Counted from the stretch's first letter, positions 1 through 10,013 are shown. The stretch is DNA of 64,000 nucleotides from an uncultured Aminicenantes bacterium (GCA_965195285.1 CBDAFS010000007.1:30785-94784), one strand, 5' to 3'. Made by a program: numbers and translations. The notes: generated by a model from the sequence alone, not told the origin.

Positions 1-670
1 TGCTTTTGGCTTTATAGAAAGCTTTAACCAAAGCTTCAGTTTGTCTGACAGAAAGCTTTTGATCTAGAATTTTTAAAAATGCCTGCATCATATCATCCTG
101 ACCGTTCAGAGAAAGCAAGGGCCTGGCATGACCGGGAGATAAATCACCGGTTACAATTCCCTTTTTGATAGCCTCAGGCAATTTTAATAAACGCAAATAA
201 TTGGTTAAGGTAACGCGTTTCATTCCCAATTTTTCAGATGCACTTTCCTGATTGAAATCGTTCTTTTTCATCAGCAATTCAATACCTTCGGCAATTTCAA
301 TTGCATTCAGATTTTCCCTCTGAATATTCTCAACCAGGGTACCAACCATTATCTCATCAATGGTTAAGTCTTTAACCAGCGCAGGGATTGTTGACCATTT
401 TAAATATTGGGCCGCTCTCCATCGACGTTCTCCAACCAGAAGATAATATTTGTCTTCCTTTCTATAAACCACAATGGGCTGAATCATTCCCGCTTCTTCT
501 ATTGAGTTGGCAAGCTCTTTTATTTTTACCGGGTTAAAATCCTTTCGGGGCTGAAAGGGATTGGGATAAATATCTTCAATATTGATTTCAGATAGGGTTT
601 TTTCTGAAGTTTCTGGTGATCGGTTGGAGATAATAGCCTCAATTCCCTTTCCCAAAACTTTTCTTTTCAT
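1..670 (-). CDS. parB: ParB/Spo0J chromosome partitioning protein (3' end runs off the window)
   Basis: Manual translation from ATG at 670 gives MKRKVLGKGIEAII...IYPNPFQPRKDF...GMIQPIVV...LLVGERRWRAA (ParB GxRR box). ATGA overlap with the parA stop. Absent from the ORF track because it is truncated. Confidence 0.95.
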   Translation of the reverse strand, partial: MKRKVLGKGIEAIISNRSPETSEKTLSEINIEDIYPNPFQPRKDFNPVKIKELANSIEEAGMIQPIVVYRKEDKYYLLVGERRWRAAQYLKWSTIPALVKDLTIDEIMVGTLVENIQRENLNAIEIAEGIELLMKKNDFNQESASEKLGMKRVTLTNYLRLLKLPEAIKKGIVTGDLSPGHARPLLSLNGQDDMMQAFLKILDQKLSVRQTEALVKAFYKAKS

Positions 671-1452
671 CGAATCATCATCTCCTTTGCCAAGGTCATA
701 TAGGCCCTTGAACCTGCCGATTTAACATCATACAACTGAATTGGTTTCCCGAAACTTGGAGCTTCGGAAATTCTTACATTTCGGGGAATAATCGATTTAT
801 AAACTTTCGATTTAAAAAAACCCCGTATCTCTTCGCCAACCTGTTTGGACAAATTGGTCCTTTCATCAAACATGGTCAATAGAATACCCTTGATCTTCAA
901 TTGAGAATTAAAGTTTTCCCGGATTCTCTTGATTGTATTCATCAAATCAGATAGGCCCTCCAATGCATAATACTCAGTTTGAATGGGAATCAAAACACTA
1001 TCCGAGGCGGTCAGGGCATTTATGGTAAGCAGTCCCAGAGATGGTGGAGAATCGATAATAATATAATCAAAGCGATTGGCAATCTTTTCTAAATTACTTT
1101 TTAAATAAAGATGGTTGTCATCTTCAGATATCAATTCCAGTTCAAATCGGGCAAGATTCCTTGAAGACGGGATCAATTTCATAAATTGAAGGCCACAAGC
1201 CAGTACAACATCTTCAATACGATTTTTTCCAATCAGAAGCGAATAGATGTCTTTTTCGATCCCATGCTTGTCAAATCCCAGGCCCGTGGTTGAATTGGCC
1301 TGGGGATCAAGATCCACCAACAGAACATTTTTCTCGGCAATGGCAAACGCTGCAGCCAAATTAATGGCGGTCGTGGTTTTTCCGACTCCGCCTTTTTGAT
1401 TGGCAATGGCAATAATTTCGCAATTTCTTTCATTATGTTTCACGTGAAACAT
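667..1452 (-). CDS. parA: ParA/Soj ATPase
   Basis: Deviant Walker A NQKGGVGKTT, DLDPQAN, IDSPPSLG, IPRNVRISEAPSFG. Start codon lies inside parS and is uncertain. Confidence 0.95.
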   Translation of the reverse strand: MFHVKHNERNCEIIAIANQKGGVGKTTTAINLAAAFAIAEKNVLLVDLDPQANSTTGLGFDKHGIEKDIYSLLIGKNRIEDVVLACGLQFMKLIPSSRNLARFELELISEDDNHLYLKSNLEKIANRFDYIIIDSPPSLGLLTINALTASDSVLIPIQTEYYALEGLSDLMNTIKRIRENFNSQLKIKGILLTMFDERTNLSKQVGEEIRGFFKSKVYKSIIPRNVRISEAPSFGKPIQLYDVKSAGSRAYMTLAKEMMIR

Positions 1453-2110
1453 TCTCCATTTTGTAAATGACTATGTTATCCCTAAAAGGTATATTATAAG
1501 TTTTTTGTTTTATACTTTCCATACCTTTTTTTATTTTTATCATTTTTCTCTTGGCGGTAATTACCAGAATCTCTCTAACAATTCCTTTCTGTAAATACCG
1601 CAGTATTATGTCAAGTCGAGGGAATCCTCTGGTTATCAGGGAAAAGTTTTTCGAAGGCGTTTTTCTTAAATAATCCTCAATCGGCCCTTCATAAATTTCA
1701 ATATTATCCAGTGACATTTGACTTTTCAATTTACGAAGAAAGGCAACTTTCTTCTTTTTGGTTTCCACTAAAACAACCGGACGTTTTATATTTAAAATCG
1801 CTAATGGTACTCCCAGCAGTCCATTTCCACTGCCAGCATCAATGATTCCCGGCTTTGAAACCAATGGTCCGATAAAGAGCGTTTCCTGTATCAAACAGAG
1901 AAGGTTGTCCCGGGTCATCTTCCTGGATATCAAATTGGTTTCTTTATTGGATTTCATTAAAAAATGCATATATTCCTCTATGAATTTCTCCTTTTTTTTA
2001 TCCAATTGGATATCATGAGTAACCATTCTGCTGATTGTCATATCATTCATTTCCAATTGGAGGGTGTGAATTAAAAAATCAATTATATCATAGCACCGGA
2101 TTCTAACCAA
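1433..2110 (-). CDS. rsmG: 16S rRNA m7G527 methyltransferase RsmG (GidB); real start probably downstream of the ORF-track TTG
   Basis: NLIS, IIDAGSGNGLLG SAM motif, VETKKKKVAFL. Canonical position upstream of parA. Confidence 0.85.
   Translation of the reverse strand: MVRIRCYDIIDFLIHTLQLEMNDMTISRMVTHDIQLDKKKEKFIEEYMHFLMKSNKETNLISRKMTRDNLLCLIQETLFIGPLVSKPGIIDAGSGNGLLGVPLAILNIKRPVVLVETKKKKVAFLRKLKSQMSLDNIEIYEGPIEDYLRKTPSKNFSLITRGFPRLDIILRYLQKGIVREILVITAKRKMIKIKKGMESIKQKTYNIPFRDNIVIYKMENVSRET
1436..1451. promoter_or_regulatory. parS centromere-like site
   Basis: Perfect consensus palindrome TGTTTCACGTGAAACA, extending to 18 bp (1435-1452), next to parAB. Confidence 0.95.
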
Positions 2111-2158
2111 CTATAATGAAAAACAGGAATCTGTAATTGTTAATCATTAACAATTACA

Positions 2159-2383
2159 CTATCTTTTTCTGCTCTGTACAAATACATAATATGCAGCGGA
2201 AAGCAACCATACTGTTAGAACCAGAGGAGAATAAGTAACGAAATCAATAATTAAAAAGTAAGGGGATATTATTATTATCAGAATCAGTATTATCGCTACC
2301 ATCCTGATCGAAAAGCGTTTTATTGATTCGGGTAATCTAATGGCCATATTTTTCTTTATTGCTGGAACCCAATCAATGAACAA
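2159..2383 (-). CDS. small hypothetical membrane protein (2 TM)
   Basis: Two hydrophobic stretches and a basic C-terminus; directly downstream of glnA. Confidence 0.45.
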   Translation of the reverse strand: MFIDWVPAIKKNMAIRLPESIKRFSIRMVAIILILIIIISPYFLIIDFVTYSPLVLTVWLLSAAYYVFVQSRKR

Positions 2384-2401
2384 TCCAATATTGTTAAAAG
2401 C

Positions 2402-3781
2402 TTAGAAATTGAAATACTGTTCGAACTCTTTGGGGTGGGGAACATGTGAAATTTCTTTAATCTCATTCAGCTTGATATCAATCCAACGAGAAATAATCTG
2501 ATCAGTAAACACATCATCTGCCTTTAAATATCCATTATCCTTCTTCAATCCTTCCAACGCTTCATTCAGATCTTCCGGCAACATTTTAATTTTCTTTTTT
2601 AATGCTTTGGTCTTAGGAATGCCGGAATCGAAAGGTCCGAAATAATATTCATCGGGATCCAAATTCTTTCTAATTCCATCAATACCTGCCATCAGCATTG
2701 CTGAAAGAGCAAGGTATGGATTGGATGACGCGTCACTGGCCCTGTATTCCAATCGGGTTTGCTCAGGCCGGGAATAAGTGGGAATTCGAATCGATGCGTT
2801 TCGATTTGACTGTCCAAATATCGCTGCAACCGGAGCCTCATAACCTCGCACCAGCCTTTTGTATGAATTAGTGGATGGATTGGCAAAAGCGGATAGGGAA
2901 GCGGAATGAAACAATAAACCAGTTAAATAATTTATTCCTTTCTTCGAAAATTTGGCATATCGAGCACCATCAAAGAAAAGATTTTTTTGCCCTTTTAAAA
3001 CATATTGATGAATATGCCAGCCATTTCCTGCATTTCCGAAAAACGGTTTGGGCATAAAAGTAACAAAAAGTTCATGCTTCCTGGCCAAATTAAACAGGAC
3101 ATATTTTATTTTTACGGCATCATCCGCTGATTTTAATAACGTATCGAAATTGGTTTCAATTTCATGCTGATTTACCGCAACTTCATGATGGTGATATTTC
3201 ACTTTTATCCCTATATCATTAAGGATTGAGGTGGCTTCGTTTTTAAAATCAATATATGGGTCGTCTGGTGCTGGGGAATGATAAAAATTTTTCTTCTCTT
3301 CTGTTTCCTTTTCGATATAATAGAAGCATTCATTTTCTTCAACCCCGTATTCTGCATTTTTAAAAATAAAAAATTCGTATTCCGGAGCCATCATAATCAT
3401 TGAACCGATTTTTGATTCGGTTAGGCTTTTTTCCGCCTTCTTTGCCACAAAACGAACATCCTGAGAAAATCTGGATTTCTCACTGTTTGTTAAATAAATA
3501 TTGGCCATAAAAACAGCAGTCTTTTTTTGAGAGAATGGATCCATAAACATAGAATCCAGATCCGGTATCATTATCATATCGCTTCTTTCAGTTTTGGCAA
3601 ATCCATATGAAGAAGCATCAAACCCAACTCCATGATCCATTAACTCTTCATTAAACATATAAACCGGGAGTGTCAATGAATGTAATTTTCCTTTTAAGTC
3701 CAGGGTATTTAAGCTGATAAATTCAACTTTGTGATCAACACATTTCTTTTTGATAGTATTAAATTTTGATTTTTGCTGCAT
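2402..3781 (-). CDS. glnA: glutamine synthetase type I
   Basis: FDASS, HHHEVA..QHEI, TFMPKP..GNAGNGWHIH, NSYKRLV.GYEAP, NRNASIRIP, RLEYR..D. Confidence 0.95.
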   Translation of the reverse strand: MQQKSKFNTIKKKCVDHKVEFISLNTLDLKGKLHSLTLPVYMFNEELMDHGVGFDASSYGFAKTERSDMIMIPDLDSMFMDPFSQKKTAVFMANIYLTNSEKSRFSQDVRFVAKKAEKSLTESKIGSMIMMAPEYEFFIFKNAEYGVEENECFYYIEKETEEKKNFYHSPAPDDPYIDFKNEATSILNDIGIKVKYHHHEVAVNQHEIETNFDTLLKSADDAVKIKYVLFNLARKHELFVTFMPKPFFGNAGNGWHIHQYVLKGQKNLFFDGARYAKFSKKGINYLTGLLFHSASLSAFANPSTNSYKRLVRGYEAPVAAIFGQSNRNASIRIPTYSRPEQTRLEYRASDASSNPYLALSAMLMAGIDGIRKNLDPDEYYFGPFDSGIPKTKALKKKIKMLPEDLNEALEGLKKDNGYLKADDVFTDQIISRWIDIKLNEIKEISHVPHPKEFEQYFNF

Positions 3782-3786
3782 TCCTC

Positions 3787-3850
3787 AATATAATATAAAA
3801 AAAATTTTTGTCAAGTCTTGACATCACATTCGGCTTTACTATATCATAAT
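3787..3850. promoter_or_regulatory. back-to-back divergent sigma70 promoters for glnA and dnaA
   Basis: Palindrome TGTCAAG-T-CTTGACA (3809-3823) supplies a TTGACA on each strand. Minus strand: TTGACA-16-TATATT. Plus strand: TACTAT/TATATC/CATAAT-like -10 candidates at 3837-3850. Confidence 0.6.
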
Positions 3851-3927
3851 GAATATACAACATTTGGCGGGGAATAAGATGATTAGATTTCCACAAGTGT
3901 TAATAATTTTGTGAAAAAGTAGCTAAC

Positions 3928-5274
3928 ATGGATTATTTTGAATTAACCAAAAATTATCTAAAGAAAATACTGGACAAGCCCACCTATGACAATTGGATTA
4001 AACCGTTGACTTATATTGGTTTTCATAAAAATGTGGTTTTTGTTGGTTCACCAGATAAGAAAAAAACCAGCTGGTTAAAAAAAAATCTGTTAAATAAAAT
4101 TAATGATCACACCAAAAAGGAATTTAAATTCACCCTAAAATTGGTTCCTCTTTATGATGAAGAGGATATGGTTTTACCCGAGGATAACAAAAGGGGAAAT
4201 GTTCTGCACCATCGATCCAACCTGCAAAACAAGTATACTTTTAGCAGTTTTGTTCAACTTGACCCAAACCGAATGGCCTATTCATTTGCCTATAGTGTAT
4301 CCGAATTCCCAGGAAAATCTTATAACCCACTGTATATATACAGTGATGTAGGGCTCGGAAAAACCCACCTGATGTATGCTATTGGAAACCGGATTGTAGA
4401 AAACAACCAAAAAATGAGGGTAATTTATCTAACCACTAGTGATCTTATGAATGAATATGTAGAATATACCCGCCTGAACAAGAGATCAGAGTTTATAAAT
4501 AAATACACATCCGTAGATGTTTTACTTATTGATGACATTCAATATATAACCAAATGGGGCGGAACCAGCGAACAATTTTACTATATTTTCAATAAATTAA
4601 TCCAATTGGAAAAACAAATTGTAATCTGCTCAGATAAACACCCGGATAACATTCCAGATTTGGAAAAAAGGATAAAATCAAGATTTGAATGGGGAGGTAT
4701 TGTGGATATCCTTCCATATGATCTTGAAGGTAGAATTGCCATACTCAAAAAGAAAATATTAGAAGTGTCCCGAAATAAAAGCCTCACCAAAAAACAATTT
4801 GAAATCTCCAATGAGGTGGTTTATTTTCTGGCATCTTCCATAAAGGATAATATCCGGAAACTTGAAGGGGCTTTGAATCGATTAATCGGATATGCGGATT
4901 TAAAATATTCGGATATGAATGGAAATGAAATCACATTATCGTTCGCCAAAGAAGCATTAAAACCCTATATTTCATTAAAAAAGAAAACCATAACCATCGA
5001 TGGTATTCAAGAATTTATTGCTAAAAAATATAATATTAAGGTTGGGGAGCTCAAATCAAAAAATAATCGACCCAAAATTACTCTTCCCCGCCAAATTGCA
5101 ATGTATATTTGCAAAAAATTAACCAAAAATCCCCTAACAGAGATTGGAAGTAAATTTGGAGGAAAACATCACACAACTGTTCTTCATTCAATAAAGAAAA
5201 TTGAAAATGAAATCGAAAGCAATGAAGATTTTTCCAAACAAATCAACTCATTCATTAACTTCTTTCAAGATTAA
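3928..5274 (+). CDS. dnaA: chromosomal replication initiator DnaA
   Basis: YNPLYIY..VGLGKTHL, LLIDDIQ, RIKSRFEWG, NIRKLEGAL, PRQIAMY, HTTVLH. Confidence 0.97.
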   Translation: MDYFELTKNYLKKILDKPTYDNWIKPLTYIGFHKNVVFVGSPDKKKTSWLKKNLLNKINDHTKKEFKFTLKLVPLYDEEDMVLPEDNKRGNVLHHRSNLQNKYTFSSFVQLDPNRMAYSFAYSVSEFPGKSYNPLYIYSDVGLGKTHLMYAIGNRIVENNQKMRVIYLTTSDLMNEYVEYTRLNKRSEFINKYTSVDVLLIDDIQYITKWGGTSEQFYYIFNKLIQLEKQIVICSDKHPDNIPDLEKRIKSRFEWGGIVDILPYDLEGRIAILKKKILEVSRNKSLTKKQFEISNEVVYFLASSIKDNIRKLEGALNRLIGYADLKYSDMNGNEITLSFAKEALKPYISLKKKTITIDGIQEFIAKKYNIKVGELKSKNNRPKITLPRQIAMYICKKLTKNPLTEIGSKFGGKHHTTVLHSIKKIENEIESNEDFSKQINSFINFFQD

Positions 5275-5470
5275 TTATTACATTGTTATAAATATTTTTA
5301 TCACAAATAATAAATTTTCAACAGGTAATTCAGAATGAATAACAGGTACTTTAAAGTAAGAAAACAAATTTTCCACTTTTACACAATATATTTCTTTTTT
5401 TTATATATATATTATGATATTATTATTAATATTAATAGAGGTAGAAAAAAATGAAAATTTTTGTGGATAA
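5275..5470. other. putative oriC (dnaA-dnaN intergenic region)
   Basis: Very AT-rich. Degenerate DnaA boxes TTTATCACA (5297), TTTTCAACA (5315), TTTTCCACT (5369), TTTTACACA (5377). These are followed by an AT-only tract with 3-nt periodicity (DUE/DnaA-trio-like, ~5386-5436). Perfect box TGTGGATAA at 5462 just inside dnaN. Confidence 0.8.
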
Positions 5471-6554
5471 ATCAAAGTTTGCAAATGAATTGAGGTTATT
5501 TCAAGGTGTTTTTGAGAAAAAAACCCTCATGGATATTCTACAAAATATCATGTTGACCGCAACTGAAAACAACCTGCTGGAAATGGTTGCTACCGATCTT
5601 GAGATTGGTTTGTCATCCAGTTTTCAAGTTGATGTAAAAGAACCAGGTACTTTTACGGTAAATGGAAAAGATTTTTATGATTTAATGTCAAAAATGCCTG
5701 AAGGGATTGTGGAAATTTCAGAGAACAATGATTTACAGATTAATATAAGCAATGAAACCAAGACCAGTAAATACAAATTGTTGGGACTTCAATCATCAGA
5801 TTATCCACAATTGCCGATTTCAGATTTTTCCTCTTCGATCAAAATCTCAATGGAAAAATTAAATTCAATGATTCAAAAGAATTATTACATTATCTCTCCT
5901 GAAATGAAATTTAACCTGGGTGGAGCATTAATGAACATCAATGAAGATATTCTGGAAATGGCGGCTACAGACGGTCACCGTTTATCGTATACCCATTATA
6001 AAAACAAATCACCTATCTCAGAACCCGTGGGGTTCATTATTTCCAGAAAAACCCTTCTTGAATTGTTAAAAATAGGAGAAAAAGGTGAACTGGATTTTAG
6101 TTATGACAAAAATAATTTATTTTTTAAATATCAGAATCGAATTCTTTCTTCCCGTATAATTGATCAAAAGTTTCCCAATTATAAAGCTGTAATTCCTGAA
6201 AAGACTGAATACCAAGCCATTATTAATGTTGAAGAGTTACTGAATACGCTTCGTCGTGTTTTGATTTTTAAAACCAGAAACAACGGAGTAGCGTTTAAAT
6301 TTACTGATCAGAAATTAATCCTCGAGAGAACTACACCTGAAAAAGGTGAGGCTCATGAGGAATTAATATTTGACTATGATGGTAAACCTTTAGAAGTTGC
6401 TTTTAATGGAAATTTTATTATTGATTTCCTAACCCACATTGATTCAAAAGATATTCAGATTGGTGTGAATGATAGTGATAGCTCATTTATATTCAAACCA
6501 AAAAAGGAAAGCGATATTAATTTTATTTATGTTGTAATGCCACTCAATATCTAA
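5451..6554 (+). CDS. dnaN: DNA polymerase III beta sliding clamp
   Basis: ATDLEIG, ATDGHRL, FPNYKAVIP, C-terminal VVMPL; position after dnaA. Confidence 0.96.
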   Translation: MKIFVDKSKFANELRLFQGVFEKKTLMDILQNIMLTATENNLLEMVATDLEIGLSSSFQVDVKEPGTFTVNGKDFYDLMSKMPEGIVEISENNDLQINISNETKTSKYKLLGLQSSDYPQLPISDFSSSIKISMEKLNSMIQKNYYIISPEMKFNLGGALMNINEDILEMAATDGHRLSYTHYKNKSPISEPVGFIISRKTLLELLKIGEKGELDFSYDKNNLFFKYQNRILSSRIIDQKFPNYKAVIPEKTEYQAIINVEELLNTLRRVLIFKTRNNGVAFKFTDQKLILERTTPEKGEAHEELIFDYDGKPLEVAFNGNFIIDFLTHIDSKDIQIGVNDSDSSFIFKPKKESDINFIYVVMPLNI

Positions 6555-6559
6555 ACCGC

Positions 6560-7618
6560 TTGATTATACAGAAATTAGAACTAAAGGGCTTTAGAAATCT
6601 AACAAGCCTTGATATTTCTTTATCATCCCAGAAAAATTTAATATATGGATTGAATGGCGCGGGAAAAACCTCAATATTGGAAGCAATATTTATTCTGGGG
6701 TTTGGAAAGTCTTTTTTAAAAGTAAAAAAGTCAGAATTGGTTAATTTTGATATGAATGCTTTTTTTTTAAAAATGGGTGTTTTAAAAGGGAGTATTGAAA
6801 CAGAGCTGATTGCTTCGTTCAAAAAGAATGGATTTTATTTGTTTTTAAATAAAAAAAGCTCGAACGTGGTTGAATTGAGTAAGTATTTTTATCCGGTATT
6901 TTTTTCATCCTCCAATTATAACCGGACAATTGACAGTGTTACTGAAATGCGTAAAATGATTAATCGATTTATATTTGGTGTTCATTCACTTTACATACAC
7001 TACATTTTGAGTTATAATAAAATTTTAAAACAAAAAAATTATTTACTAAAAACCACAAAAAATGTCCTGGAACTCAATAGTTGGAACCATGCGATCAGTG
7101 AAATGAGTTCGAAAATTGTTGACACCCGAATGCACTTCATAAACAAATTGAATCATGAAATCGAAAATAAATTCGGAAATCATCTGACAATCCTATATAA
7201 ACCATCGCTTGATACAAATAAAGGCATTTCAGATGATATTTTTTACCAGCAATTGGAAAAAACAAGGAGCCTGGAAATTAAAAACCAAAAATCTATGATT
7301 GGACCACACCTGGATGATTTCGAATTTTACTTTAAATCAATAAATATTAAATTTTATTCTTCCGGAGAAAGAAAACTCCATTTATTAATGATTTATATTG
7401 CTTTTATAGAACTTTTTAAAAAGACAAAAAACCAGTATCCTGTTTTCTTGATTGATGACTTTGATACAACTTTCGATAATCAAAATCTTGATTTTTTATT
7501 GGATAATTGTCCGGATATCCAGGTTGTTGCCACTTCAGTTCATAAATTTAATAGTTTTGATAACTTAATTGAATTAAAATGCGGGGACAAAAATCTCAAT
7601 AGAGTAAAAAATGGCTGA
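6560..7618 (+). CDS. recF: DNA replication/repair protein RecF
   Basis: FRNL, Walker A GLNGAGKTSILEAI, GPHLDD, SSGE signature, PVFLIDD; synteny. Confidence 0.92.
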   Translation: MIIQKLELKGFRNLTSLDISLSSQKNLIYGLNGAGKTSILEAIFILGFGKSFLKVKKSELVNFDMNAFFLKMGVLKGSIETELIASFKKNGFYLFLNKKSSNVVELSKYFYPVFFSSSNYNRTIDSVTEMRKMINRFIFGVHSLYIHYILSYNKILKQKNYLLKTTKNVLELNSWNHAISEMSSKIVDTRMHFINKLNHEIENKFGNHLTILYKPSLDTNKGISDDIFYQQLEKTRSLEIKNQKSMIGPHLDDFEFYFKSINIKFYSSGERKLHLLMIYIAFIELFKKTKNQYPVFLIDDFDTTFDNQNLDFLLDNCPDIQVVATSVHKFNSFDNLIELKCGDKNLNRVKNG

Positions 7619-10004
7619 TAAAAAATACACGGCAGAAAGCATCAAGGTTCTGGAGGGGCTGGTAGCAGTTAGAAAAAGACCCGCCATGTATATAGGAAGT
7701 ACCGGAAGTACCGGCTTGCACCATCTGGTCTATGAAGTTGTTGATAATTCCATTGATGAAGCCATGGCTGGTTACTGTAAAAAGATCGAAGTTGTAATCC
7801 ATTTCGATGAATCCATCACTGTTAATGATGATGGACGCGGAATTCCGGTAGATATTCATAAAGAGGAGAAAAAACCGGCGGCAGAAGTCGTGATGACCAC
7901 CCTTCATGCGGGAGGTAAATTTGATAAAGATAGTTATAAAGTTTCCGGCGGACTTCACGGAGTGGGGGTTTCGGTTGTAAATGCGCTATCTTCCCGTCTG
8001 GACCTGGAAATCAAGAGAGACGGGGCGGTTTATTTTCAAAAGTATGAACAAGGAAATCCGGTATCGAAATTCAAGCAAATCGGAAAAACAAACAAGCGAG
8101 GAACCAAGGTTACATTCTGGCCAGACGAAGAGATTTTCGATATGATTGAATTCAGTTTTAACATATTGTCAAAACGACTGAAAGAACTGGCCTTTTTAAA
8201 TAGGGGTCTATTCATTACCTTGATTGATGAGAGGGATAACAAAAAAGAACAGTATGTTTTTAAAGGGGGGCTTGTTGAATATGTTAAATATTTGATCGGT
8301 TCAAAAGAGAAGGTTCATAACAAGCCCATTCATTTAAGTTCGGAAAAGGACGAAATCGAAATTGATATTGCTTTTCAATATGTCAATACCTTTAGTGAAA
8401 TGTTGTTGTCATATGTAAATAACATCAACACTGCTGAAGGGGGAACCCACCTAACCGGTTTCAAAGGGGCCATAACCCGAACCATCAATAGTTTTGCTCA
8501 ATCAGACAACCTTCGGAAAGCGGTTAAAGTTAATTTTTCTGGTGATGATGTTCGGGAAGGTTTGATTGCTGTCATTTCAGTCCGTTTAAAAGAACCTCAA
8601 TTTGAAGGCCAGACCAAAGCCAAACTGGGTAATTCTGATGTAAAAGGTATTGTTGAATCTTTTGTAAATGAGAAGTTACAGGAATTTTTTGAGGAAAATA
8701 TTGGGGTTGCCAAATCCATTGTCAATAAAGCCTCTCTGGCTGCCCAGGCGCGGGAAGCATCAAGAAATGCAAAAGATCTGGTCAGAAAATCGACTCTTCT
8801 TGAAAATACCACTTTACCCGGAAAACTTGCTGACTGTCAGACCAAAAACCCGGAAGAAAGTGAATTATATGTCGTAGAAGGAGATTCAGCTGGGGGATCT
8901 GCCAAGCAAGGAAGAGATCGCAGATTTCAGGCCATTCTTCCTCTCAAGGGAAAGATTTTGAATGTGGAAAAAGCCACCACTACCAAAATGCTGGAAAATG
9001 AGGAAATTAAAACCATTATTGCGGCTTTGGGAGTGGGAATCGGTATAGAAAGCTTTGATATTTCGAAATTGCGTTATCATAAAATTATTATTATGACTGA
9101 TGCCGATGTTGACGGATCCCATATCCGCACACTGCTCATGACTTTCTTTTTCAAATATATGCGCCCGCTTATTGAAAAGGGGTATCTCTACCTGGCTCAA
9201 CCTCCCTTGTTTTTGGTTAAAAAAGGAAAGAGCAGAAAGTATATCAAAAATGAGAAGAAACTGGATAATTACCTCATAAAACTTATTGGTGAAGAAGCCA
9301 TTATATACAATGAACAAAATGCAGCAGAAGTATTAAAAGGCTCCAAGCTGGTCAAATTCATCAAGTTGGTTAATAAGAGAAGTTCCCTGATGGATAGTAT
9401 TGAAAAAAGAGGGATGCCCAGGGCTTTAACCAACAAATTGGTTGAATTGATCAAAGATGAAGATACATTTTCGGATGCCAAAAAGACAGAGGAAATTGCC
9501 GAAAGAATTGGGGAAGTGGATTGTTGTCGATCCGTAACCATCAATTTTGATGAAGAATACTCTACTTTCAATCTGGATATTGAATATGAACTAAATGGCG
9601 TGAGTATGAAAAAATCCCTGAACTGGGAATATTTGACCGGTCCATTGTTTGCTGAAGTAAATGAGTCTTATGAAAAACTCAAACACTTCCCCCAAGCTCC
9701 GTATGTATGTAAGATTAACGGTTTTGAATTTATCACTGAAAAATCAAAAGAACTCGTCTCCACCCTGTTTGAGAAGATAAAAAGTAAATTTTCTATTCAA
9801 AGATATAAAGGACTGGGTGAGATGAATCCCATACAATTATGGGAAACTACCATGGATCCGGATGTTCGAACTTTACTGAAAGTTCATATTAATGATTTTC
9901 TTGTAAGCGAAACCATATTTGATACCTTGATGGGCAGCGACTCCAATAAGCGAAAAGAGTTTATTCTTCAAAATGCTCTGAACGTTAAAAACCTGGATAT
10001 ATAA
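7611..10004 (+). CDS. gyrB: DNA gyrase subunit B
   Basis: VRKRPAMYIG, EVVDNSIDE, VEGDSAGG, MTDADVDG, RYKGLGEMNP; long form with an insertion. Confidence 0.97.
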   Translation: MADKKYTAESIKVLEGLVAVRKRPAMYIGSTGSTGLHHLVYEVVDNSIDEAMAGYCKKIEVVIHFDESITVNDDGRGIPVDIHKEEKKPAAEVVMTTLHAGGKFDKDSYKVSGGLHGVGVSVVNALSSRLDLEIKRDGAVYFQKYEQGNPVSKFKQIGKTNKRGTKVTFWPDEEIFDMIEFSFNILSKRLKELAFLNRGLFITLIDERDNKKEQYVFKGGLVEYVKYLIGSKEKVHNKPIHLSSEKDEIEIDIAFQYVNTFSEMLLSYVNNINTAEGGTHLTGFKGAITRTINSFAQSDNLRKAVKVNFSGDDVREGLIAVISVRLKEPQFEGQTKAKLGNSDVKGIVESFVNEKLQEFFEENIGVAKSIVNKASLAAQAREASRNAKDLVRKSTLLENTTLPGKLADCQTKNPEESELYVVEGDSAGGSAKQGRDRRFQAILPLKGKILNVEKATTTKMLENEEIKTIIAALGVGIGIESFDISKLRYHKIIIMTDADVDGSHIRTLLMTFFFKYMRPLIEKGYLYLAQPPLFLVKKGKSRKYIKNEKKLDNYLIKLIGEEAIIYNEQNAAEVLKGSKLVKFIKLVNKRSSLMDSIEKRGMPRALTNKLVELIKDEDTFSDAKKTEEIAERIGEVDCCRSVTINFDEEYSTFNLDIEYELNGVSMKKSLNWEYLTGPLFAEVNESYEKLKHFPQAPYVCKINGFEFITEKSKELVSTLFEKIKSKFSIQRYKGLGEMNPIQLWETTMDPDVRTLLKVHINDFLVSETIFDTLMGSDSNKRKEFILQNALNVKNLDI

Positions 10005-10013
10005 GGATAGAAG

